Shown here in pieces: positions 12,401-22,308 of a stretch of DNA of 64,000 nt. The notes below the pieces were generated by a model, which saw only the letters and a program-made list of their open reading frames with translations, was not told the DNA's origin and searched no databases. Position 1 is the first letter of the stretch. Each line of letters begins with the position of its first letter. The translations under genes were made by a program, and so were the position numbers. This DNA is from Anthoceros angustus (taxonomy: Eukaryota > Plantae > Anthocerotophyta). The stretch lies in the NCBI GenBank assembly GCA_010909165.1, contig MU008184.1, positions 892,988 to 956,987 on the forward strand, given 5' to 3'.

Positions 12401-13482
12401 GATCGGGCCATCATCCTCGCTGGATGGTCCCGTTCACTATCCGCATCGATGCGGACGGTAGGAACAAGGTCGCAAAGTTCATGATGTCCATCCCTATCCT
12501 CGTCTTGGTCTGACCCTTCTCCATCTGAATGACCCACATCTCGGATCGGGCCATCATCCTCGTCGGATGGTCCGATTCACTATCTCTTGTGCCGCTATCT
12601 CTGCATCATCCTCATTCCTGCTGCTTCTCTCGCTCTCCTCATAGACAATACGCACTGTGCTACAACAAGATCCGACCTTTCCACACAACAATGATAAGAG
12701 CTCTTCCTACTGGGTGGAAACAAAGAAACATGATGCAAATCGAGGAGAAAGCACATCAAGTGACACAAACCGAACAAAACAAAATTCACAGTCCATGGCA
12801 TATCTGCTTACACTCGGTTGCCGCATTGCTTCAAATACCTCGACAAGCTCGGGAGGACCACATTTCTTAGCATGAAACCCAAGGACGCTGAGCTCATACG
12901 CCCTATACATTTGAGGGTCTTGAATCACTGCGTCAAACTCCTGAGGCCTTGTTGTGCAAAACAACGTGAACACCGGGTTCTTCTCGTCCATGTCCAGGGT
13001 CGCCCATACTACCCATCCAGCCCTCGCTCTTTGGTTAGGCAATGCTCCCCTGATAACCCATGATCCACAATTTCAACAGTGGAGTCCAGAAAACGTTTTC
13101 ATCCTCTGGCTCTGCATCCTGTGTCACCATCCAGTCTTTCTCAAGAACAGTGACAGGATCCAGCTGAGCATTCAGACGCCGAATGATCACAGCCTCCTCG
13201 TAGGTGAAGGGCGAAGGAATCGGCACCGCCGCCGAGGCTTTGTGACTTCTCCACCCAGCTCCCCTCTTTCCACTGCTGGCCTCGCAGACGCTCAGCGGAT
13301 TTCGCTTGCCCGCCGATGCATGCCCACCCTTGGCTTGCTCACCACCTCGATCACGCGATGGCTGCCTTTCCCAAGTCCTCTCGCACTAGCCGCCGCTACT
13401 CCCCGCCTGGATTTCTTCGCTTGGGAGGAGGTCACCGGCACGCCGCATCCGCCAAATCCTTCTTGCTCCGTCCGCTTGCCAT
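9474..13482 (-). CDS. Multi-exon transposon cargo gene: unknown N-terminal domain + acidic linker + ParB/Srx-like domain + beta-class N4C/N6A DNA methyltransferase (frameshifted in this assembly; boundaries approximate)
   Basis: Candidate start MASGRSKK at 13482. ParB-like segment 11450-11850. MTase motifs in beta order: TLVMDVPGG (10381-10392), VFVWDKTN (10191-10199) with ESVEY, CPYQRPLGLMMKLI, GDWVVDACSGSGTT (9904-9927), GRNCIAIEAD. GT..AG intron-like gaps near 12810 and 10805-10865. That it is one transcript is inferred. Confidence 0.65.
9850..10410 (-). CDS. N6_N4_Mtase-like DNA amino-methyltransferase domain
   Basis: PYQRPLGLMMKLIKTFSKEGDWVVDACSGSGTTVLAALLYGRNCIAIEAD aligns by eye to the bacterial consensus PTQKPxxLxxxLIxxxSxxGDxVLDPFxGSGTTxxAAxxxGRxxIGIEL. 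The upstream catalytic-motif position reads DVPG rather than DPPY/SPPY. Confidence 0.85.
11440..11850 (-). CDS. ParB/Srx-like N-terminal domain
   Basis: VKLENLKP...IRRVDEAWANYLARVISKGRIEEGVLPLLCMI...YVMGVLGGNHTFAAMKHL fits the ParB/Srx layout (helix-G-P-hydrophobic strand, GxH motif). Confidence 0.6.
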
Positions 13483-14328
13483 CGCTCACCGCACAGCCCG
13501 CCCGTAACGAAAACAAAGTTGCATCACTCACAAATTGGGCTTGAATGGAAATTGTGGAGTTCTCGCCGCAGGATGCCTTGTGCACCGTTGACACGGAACA
13601 CGCTCTTTGCAAAGGCGACACCGTAGGTCCCTCCTTCACACGCCCGCCACACACCGATGGAGGCCTCTCTGACCGTGGAGCGTTCCGAGTGCGCAACAAA
13701 GTTGCGTGGAACACCGCTACCAAAAGGACTCTTAACCTGGACGATTAGGTTACCGCTCACCACGTTAACCAAAGTTAGAAACCCCGATGTCGTGTGAAAG
13801 GCTGGTAGTTAAGTGGACCTTATTCTCCTATGCATGTATTTATGACACCTGACTTATCCATCGATTGCGGCGTTATTCTTATCCGCGTGGCGACCGCGAT
13901 ATCCGCGCCTCATTGGATTTCCTCGCCGTTATGTGCAATGAAGTCGCGTGCAGGCGTGGGTACTAAGTCGGCTCGACGCAAACCACACTTACCAACCATT
14001 TCGCTTGCAAGGAGTCTACCCGTGACTTGTCGGCGACTTGACTACGGCAATGTTGCGCGACACACACGATATATGGAGGACGTGAGTGGAAAGTGCACCC
14101 GATGTGTCCGATTCATTTGTGCTATCACCATGTTAACCCGAAATGCACATTTGCACGCAGCATCGGCTTATGTAGAAGAACCCTCCCGATACTTGAGGCC
14201 CGAAGGACTTAAAAAGGGCGAGGAGGCTTGATCTTTGAACCCTCCGCCACCTCGCCTCGCCATCCTCCGCAAGGTTAGTGTGTTAAGGGGCTTGTGAAGA
14301 GTCCGTTATAGCACATTGTGGGAATCGA

Positions 14329-17300
14329 GTGGATGTCACTTGTGCGAAAGACGCCGACGTCGGAATTGTCTTCGCCAAGTATGCCGCATGGTGTTCCGAT
14401 GACGCCAAGAAATCGAACTTGTATGCAGCCATAGGCAGCCTCCAAATGAGGAGAGAGTTGGGGTTGAAGGACGCTGATGTTCGCATGATTGCCCGCCGTG
14501 GCTTGTTCATGGCGATGGGTATGGGAAGGCAGAACATACCTGGTCCCGAGGAGCTAGACGGTCGTCCGATAGAGGTCCCATCGAGCGACGACTTCCAATC
14601 ACCTCCGGAGGATGATGTGCAAAGATCGTTTCACCAAACCTTTGAGCGAGACATTGCAGACGCAAAGGACTCGTCTGCGTTATGTCAAGACGGCAGCCCT
14701 CCGGTGAGGAGAGTTGGGGTTGAAGGGGCTGATGTTCGCATGATTGCCGTGGCTTGTTCATGGCGATGGGTATGGGTAGGCAAAACATACCGGTCCCGAG
14801 GAGCTAGGCGGTCGTCCGATAGAGGTCCCATCGAGCGACGACTTTCACCTCCGGAGGATGATGTGCAAAGATCGTTTCACCCGAAACCTTTGAGCGAGAC
14901 ATTGCAGGGCGTCAAAGGACTCGTCTGCGTTATGTCGGCGAGCGGCAGCCGCGTGTCGTTGAGGAAGAGTGAAGTGGACATTGTGACGGTGACTCGGAAA
15001 CCTTGTTGCAATCGAGTAAATTGACGAAAGAAAGATTTCGAGCGGTATAGATTCATTAGAATGTGCAGACAAGAGCAGGAGACATTCCTTCAGTCTCTAG
15101 TCCATCGCGACAGGGACCAATGATAAAGGAAAAGTTGTCACTCATGTTATGGGGAGTGTTCCGATACGATGTTGTCTGAAGGCTTTCAGAAGGGTTTATT
15201 GTGTGGGACACATCAGGTATGAGGAGTTGAAGGCTAGAGTTCTTCAGAACTCACCGTGGGATGGTTTCAGAACAAACCCCATACATGAGCCTCTCGCGCT
15301 AGGGCCATAGCTTGGATGGATGACTTTTATGTACATGGTGAGAGGCTCCCAAATGTGGAGGTTTTCAATCTTCCCGACACGTACACAAAATTAGAAATAT
15401 GGTTGCTATACAAACGAGAGTGCGAAAGGTCGTGGCTCGATATGTCACCTACGCGTGGTTCTTAAAGCTATGGAAATGCAACTACAGTGAAGATCCCAAA
15501 GTCAAACCGGTTCTCGACATGCTGGTGCGGATTGAAGACAACTATACGGAACTCAACACGAAGGTCGATCAAGGTACCGGGCACTCTTGTTCCTCCGCAT
15601 CTGTCCTTTCTAACCTTTTTGTGTGAACTACTGCGGTTTGTCGTGGCCGTCTGGTCCTAGGTGTCGGTGCCGTCTTGGAGGTTTGGGCCATCTTGGATGG
15701 AGGTTTGGTTAAGCGGTCGGCGCCCCTTATATCACAGAGTGGCGCCGGCAGCCGCCCCTCTCTGCTTCACGAGGGGCGTCCGACCGCTGGATGGTTAGTT
15801 GTGCACTCCCTCCCCTCCCCGCCTCCTCCTCCTCTACAGGGCCGGCCCCCACCCAATGTCATTACCAGTGGCCGCCGGCACCACCCTTGTTAGCAGTGAG
15901 GGGTGGCCCGGCCCTATGTCCCGCTGGCCACGGAAACCCTTGGGTGGAACTCCATACCGACCTTGGCTCCCACCTACACCAAAATCCGCCCTCATGTGAA
16001 GTATATGTGTAATGATAAATGAGAGGGCATGACTAGAGTGTTTGCAAAGAATGGATTTTGAAACCGACCGTGAAGTTCTTGTTTTATATGATGAAATATC
16101 AGTCGCTATGACGACATCGGGCCGCATTTAGGAACACGGATGGCCAAACACAGAGCAAAAGTTACGAGATCCGCATAAGTACATATTACATCTATAGATG
16201 GGATGGACCAAGAAAAGCGAGGTACCACACTTTTGAGGTGGTCAAGAACTGGATGAGGAGTCCCGCATCTCTCCACGTAGTTGGGTGTATGATTCACAAC
16301 TACACGTATAAACGAGGGCCTTCTTGCATTACGCAAATTTGAGAAATGACGCCAATTTTGACTATCATCATACGGATGTGATACACAACTACGAGGAGTA
16401 TCAAGGTTTTATACTTGCAATTGGACAACACTTGTCGGAGAACAAGAATCAACTTCTTTTGCATATCCGAACATGTTAGTGGATATGGGAACTTTTGAGA
16501 AAGTAAAGGTGGGGTTTCTTCTCGTTGGACATACTCATGATCAAATTGACCAAATGTTTTCATGTTTTCAAAGAGCTTGAAACAGGAAGCTCATACTCTC
16601 CGCATTGGCGGCAATTTTGAAAGAGGCGTACACTCCAACACGGTGAGGTGAAGGTATTAACGGAGGTTCCAGGACTTCCGCTCCTATGTTTGGCCGTTCG
16701 ACAAGGGGATGGACGCCAAGCATACGAGTCAAGGTGCGAAATTGAACAACTGTCATTCCAAAGACCATCAAAATTACAAGAGAAGAAAACGACCGTGGCC
16801 TTGTGTGATCATTAGAAGCAAACAATATTCGACATCGCCACAATGGGAAGCGGAAGCCGGTTTGGAGTTTTTGAAGTTTGTCCCATCCACGACGTAATAC
16901 ACGACATCCCTTCGTGCCGTGATAAGAAAGGCACATCGTGGTTATCCCCAACCGAGGTGTGGCTCACTTGAAGGAGGGCCTCTCGCGCTTAGACCATATG
17001 TCACCGCAGAGGAATATAAATGGTGGGAAGAATTTTGGGTGGACCAAGAGGAGATCGTTATTGTGGAGAATAATATAGGGCTCGCACTCCAAGACGCATG
17101 GAAGTGGTTTCGCGATGAAGTTGAAGAAACCGAGGTTCTTCACGTGCACGATGAGGCGTTGCTAGAGGAGGCTTTACTCGGGGACCTTCCCCAACGGATA
17201 TGTACCTTGGTGCATATCAAACCGTTGTTAGACAAGAACAAGAAACCGCGGTTGAATGGTGACATTTCGGAAATAAGGAAAGACATGTTCATTGCGTCCA

Positions 17301-17341
17301 CACCACCGATGCAACAGCCGTTTTGGATTGGCGGTCATTGA
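14329..17341 (+). pseudogene. Sola/DUF7869-type DDD transposase (frameshifted, probable intron ~15575-16100)
   Basis: CCLKAF..VYCVG, GERLPN..LPD, KIPKSNRFSTC.C, SIDGMDQEK (16197-16211), YLQLDNTCRENKNQ (16424-16429), GFLLVGHTHDQIDQMFS (16527-16550), C-terminal PFWIG. Confidence 0.85.
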
Positions 17342-17616
17342 TGTTCACTTAGATGCACCGATCCTCACTTTGTCGCTCATTGGTACATGACCGGATGCGT
17401 ATGAAGGAAGGTATGTTGAAGAATTTATAATCCGACATGAAGGGACCCAGTGTGAATCGGGAAAAAGGAGGAAAGCTAATTTGCACAAAACGCATAAAAG
17501 GTTTTTGTGAACAAAACGGTGATCATATATTATGGTTTCAACTTGAATGCTCGCAAACATTTATATCTGTGGACAAGAAGGCGATCGGACTAAAATTAAA
17601 TGAATTGCGCCCATAA

Positions 17617-18508
17617 ATGCCTAGCCAAAGTGGCCCGGAAGATAGTGAAGATAGTGGTGGTGATGCGAGCCTTGCGATGATACCAATTCGTAAGACGACT
17701 GGAGTTCATGAACATCTGCCAAGATGTTTTGTCTTATGTGGACACGTTTTTCTTCCCTTCCTCTCAATAAGTTTCAATAGATTCTCCAAATTCTATTGTC
17801 CGTGGAAGGCTATTTTTCCCACCGCACTTAACGAAAACCGTTGTCTTCCGCCAAGTTCTCATTATTATGCACATAAAGACCGGTGGAAACCAGCCTTCCT
17901 AAGCATAGCGACAAATCCATACGACGAGACATCGATGAAGATGGTGTTCATGTGCAAGACGCATTGCAGCGTTAACCAAACCAACGTTGTTTGTATGTCC
18001 ATAGGCCTCCTCACCGACTGTCTCGATGTATGACTTCTTTGCATGTTACGGTTCACCCCAGCAAGTGGGGAACACTATTTCTCTTCCGTGTACAATGGGG
18101 CCACAATTACACACGGTCAAAGGGTGTCCATGGACGAGTGAAGAGGCCGGCCGCGCCCGTAAACAAAGAGCATTAGGATTGTGTTTTCCGAAAACAGGGC
18201 CCGACATTGACCTCGACCATTGTACTAACGGCGAGTTGTACTTAATGGAAAAGGACCCGCGCACCATGTTTTTCGCTGAGTTGCGGTTTTGCTCATCGGT
18301 CTTCATCATCACCGCACAAAACGGTCGTCCCATCCGGGTCCGAAATGGAGCCAAATGGATGTATGAGGGGTTATCAAAACCCTTTGCCTCCTACATCGAT
18401 ACACGAAATTTGTGTGCAGCAGATGAACACCCTATTTTCGAGGCATTTTGGACCACACGATTCAAAACCCTAAATGGAGACCCATTGGAAACCCTCATTG
18501 CCGAATAA
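17617..18508 (+). CDS. Third ORF of the TIR element, ~297 aa across one frameshift, unknown function
   Basis: ORFs 17617-18033 and 18026-18508 overlap in different frames and end just inside the right TIR; Cys/His/aromatic-rich. Confidence 0.45.
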
Positions 18509-18531
18509 AAGGCAGAAAACCCCCATGGTGC

Positions 18532-18561
18532 ATATTAACCTCCTTACAGAATTACCATGTT
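18532..18561 (-). repeat. Right terminal inverted repeat
   Basis: Inverted match to 9156-9185; a degraded second copy ends at 20236 within the tandem duplication. Confidence 0.93.
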
Positions 18562-21500
18562 AAATCTATGAGATGTAAACTCTCCACCGTTGTCGGAACG
18601 TAAGGTCTTGAGTTTGTGATCTGTAAGCCTTTTTGCCCATGCCATGTAATCCTTGAAAAACTGATAAGTTTCACTCTTTTGGGTGAGGATGTAGGAGAGG
18701 CAGAAACGGAATAGTCAGAAAAGTTAAGAAATATCTACTACCACTAAAGGAGGTGTAGAGAGGGTCCACAAATCAGGTACTATCTCTAAAGGTGACTTGG
18801 CCCTTTGAGGAGATGGATTTTTGAAAGGTTCCCGTGACGTTTTGTGAGGACACGGGTTTCGCACCAATCTAAGTTGTGAACCTTGGAGAGGCAGGTGTTC
18901 TATCTGAGTTGTCTCTAGACATTTGGAGTAACCGACTATTAGGATGACCTAATCTACAATGCGAGCATCGTGTGTGTTGGTTGCAGAATGTTGGGAGGCT
19001 ACATTGGCCGGAATGTGGCTCCTACTTTGTGACAATCTATAGAGTCCATCTTCTAAGATGCCGGTCACGAGATATTGTGTGTTCTATTCTTGAGGTAGGA
19101 AAGAACAACTATCGGCATATAAAAGGACACGCATGTTGTGTTCTTTGCAAAGACTAGCGGTGACACTAGGTTTTGCACAAAACGCATAAAAGGTTTTTGT
19201 GAACAAACGGTGATCATATATTATGGTTTCAACTTGAATGCTCGCAAACATTTATATCTGTGGACAAGAAGGCGATCGGACTAAAATTAAATGAATTGCG
19301 CCCATAAATGCCTAGCCAAAGTGGCCCGGAAGATAGTGAAGATAGTGGTGGTGATGCGAGCCTTGCGATGATACCAATTCGTAAGACGACTGGAGTTCAT
19401 GAACATCTGCCAAGATGTTTTGTCTTATGTGGACACGTTTTTCTTCCCTTCCTCTCAATAAGTTTCAATAGATTCTCCAAATTCTATTGTCCGTGGAAGG
19501 CTATTTTTCCCACCGCACTTAACGAAAACCGTTGTCTTCCGCCAAGTTCTCATTATTATGCACATAAAGACCAGCGTGGAAACCAGCCTTCCTAAGCATA
19601 GCGACAAATCCATACGACGAGACATCGATGAAGATGGTGTTCATGTGCAAGACGCATTGCAGCGTTAACCAAACCAACGTTGTTTGTATGTCCATAGGCC
19701 TCCTCACCGACTGTCTCGATGTATGACTTCTGCGTTACGGTTCACCCCAGCAAGTGGGGAACACTATTTCTCTTCCGTGTACAATGGGGCCACAATTACA
19801 CACGGTCAAAGGGTGTCCATGGACGAGTGAAGAGGCCGGCCGCGCCCGTAAACAAAGAGCATTAGGATTGTGTTTTCCGAAAACAGGGCCCGACATTGAC
19901 CCTCGACCATTGTACTAACGGCGAGTTGTACTTAATGGAAAAGGACCCGCGCACCATGTTTTTCGCTGAGTTGCGGTTTTGCTCATCGGTCTTCATCATC
20001 ACACAAACTCGTCCCATCCGGGTCCGAAATGGAGCCAAATGGATGTATGAGGGGTTATCAAAACCCTTTGCCTCCTACATCGATACACGAAATTTGTGCA
20101 GATGAACACCCTATTTTCGAGGCATTTTGGACCACGATTCAAAACCCTAAATGGAGACCCATTGGAAACCCTCATTGCCGAATAAAAGGCGTAAAACCCC
20201 ATGGTGCATATTAACCTCCTCATGCACTACCATGTTAAATCTATGAGATGTAAACTCTCCACCGTTGGCGGAACGTAAGGTCTTGAGTTTGTGATCTGTA
20301 AGTTTTTGCCCATGCCATGTAATCCTTGAAAACGATAAGTTTCACTCTTTTGGGTGAGGATGTAGGAGAGGCGTAAACGGAATAGTCAGAAAAGTTAAGA
20401 AATATCTACTACCACTAAAGGAGGTGTAGAGAGGGTCCACAAATCAGGTACTATCTCTAAAGGTGACTTGGCCCTTTGAGGAGATGGATTTTTGAAAGGT
20501 TCCCGTGACGCTGAGGTGTGGTTTCGCACCAATCTAAGTTGTGAACCTTGGAGAGGCAGGTGTTCTACATAGTTGTCTCTAGACATTTGGAGTAACTTCG
20601 ACTATTAGGATGACCTAATCTACAATGCCGAGCATCGTGTGTTGCGTAATGTTGGGAGGCTACATTGACGGAATGTGTGGCTTCGACTTTAACTGACAAT
20701 CTATAGAGTCCAGCTTCTAAGATGCCAGTGCAGATATTGTGTGTTCTATTCTTAAGGTAGGAAAGAGAACAGCTATCGGCATATAAAAGGACCTGCATGT
20801 TGTGTTCTTTGCAAAGACTAGCGGCAGACACTAGGTTTTTGCACATTGCAGGAACATGGAGGACTTGGTGAAGATGAAGAGTCGGCTGAGATCACATGGG
20901 CCTAGAGCTATGGGAAGGTTGTGATCGCCGGAGAGCAGTCGGATGTCCTGTGACTGGGGTGTATGACTCGAAAGAGTCTTCGTTGTAGCAGATATGGAAT
21001 GTTGCTCCACTGTCCAGGTACCAATAAGCGTTGGCCAGCTTAGAGGACGCGATGCAGACAGTGAGCACAGTTGTTGTTGATGAAGAGCGTTTCTTCGTAG
21101 TTACGTTAGCTCCAGGCGGGGCCTCTGTCCTAGGGTCCCCATTCTTCTTCTTTCTGTAGTCCTTTTCCATGTGATTAGGAATTCTGCACCAATTACAAAT
21201 AATTCCACTCTTCTTGTTACCCCTGGAAGGCGTGGAAGAGCTGGATTCGCCATGATATTTGTTTGGTGTGGAATAAGCAGGTCTATTGGAAGGAGAACTT
21301 TTTCCGCGTCCTCTTCCTCTGCCTCTTCGACGCCACATCACTGTCGGCTGGACTTGGGCTCATGGCGTGGACTCCTCCTGAATCATGGCTCCGATGAGTT
21401 CTGCGACGATGTCGAGGTCGTAAATGCGCATCGAGCCGAATTCTTTTGGGCTTGTCGAACCACGGCGTTACGTGGTGAGAAATGGTCTATGGAGGGTGGG

Positions 21501-22308
21501 AGGGATATCAAGAGAACAAGGAATGCAACAAGTTCGGAGGCGGAGGTGTTGGTGGCGACTTCATATTGAGATCTAGCTTCTTTTGGAAAGTGTTGATATG
21601 GTGTTCGGCGTTGATTCCTTCATCTTGATTGAAGAAGTTGCGCATCGCTGATCATCATACTCATCACATCTCTTGAAGAATATAATCGAGCAAGGTGATC
21701 CCATACATTTAGAAGTTTTTGCTTGCATTGTCTTACCATGTTAAGTGCTAGTCCGATCGGAGGTCTTGAGCTTTTTCATCACAGCGTCGGTTTCTTTGCT
21801 CTCGGAGCCCCACTATGGTCTGGGTGTGGACCCACTTACAACGTCCCATAGGTCTCGATTGCGGAAAAGTGCACGCGCGTTCGCGTAAGCGTCATCGCTT
21901 TGCCCATTGAATCATCCTTCTCCTTAAAACTGTCACCATAGTTGTGATTCACCACGGAAGGTCGTACTTCATCTTTGGGTGGATCCTTCCTCTCCTCTCT
22001 CTCTCTCTTGTCGTCATGTTGTTGTTTCTCCTCTCGTTCGTCCACGTCGGAACCAGCCATTGCAGGTGGTCACTCTGCGACAAGGCTGCGCGCCTCGCAT
22101 TTCCTCATCATCATGCGTAATCTTTGGGCGCAAGGAGCAAGGCAAGGAGGAATCTTTTCTCTACTGGCGTGTTTGTCAGGATGACAAGCAGCAGTAAGGG
22201 AAAGGTTGTGATGAAGACAGCTCAGCATGTGTGGATCAGTGTGCTCAAGGAGGCGCTCATTGAGATCACGCACTTCTCTTGATAAACCCTCTATGCTTGT
22301 TCTGCGTT

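Larger units (their letters stand above)
9156..18561 (+). mobile_element. 9,406-bp TIR DNA transposon, Sola-like (DDD / DUF7869-type transposase), carrying a ParB-MTase cargo gene
   Basis: Left TIR 9156-9185 AACATGGTAATTCTGTAAAGAGGTTTATAT; right TIR 18532-18561 (rc AACATGGTAATTCTGTAAGGAGGTTAATAT), 28/30 identical. TSD AAAT at 9152-9155 and 18562-18565. The empty site restores Copia integrase in frame (DNGGEFTSHRF|AEFCRAEG). A 4-bp AWWT TSD matches what is described for Sola1. Confidence 0.9.
17480..20845. repeat. ~1.7-kb tandem duplication (17480-19171 / 19172-20837) spanning the Sola right end and Copia B integrase
   Basis: Near-identical copies. TTTGCACA microhomology at 17480-17487, 19172-19179 and 20838-20845. 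Confidence 0.92.

Noticed and set aside
9474-13482. Bacterial contamination or a restriction-modification operon
   Set aside because: The gene lies inside a TSD-bounded element nested in plant retrotransposons, shows intron-like gaps, and has no recognisable endonuclease partner.
9155-18562. Alternative parse of the TIR element as Tc1/mariner with a TA TSD
   Set aside because: A TA empty site leaves 4 extra bases and breaks the Copia integrase frame, while the AAAT parse restores it exactly. The transposase motifs are not mariner-like. CACTA, MULE and hAT also do not fit the termini or TSD length.
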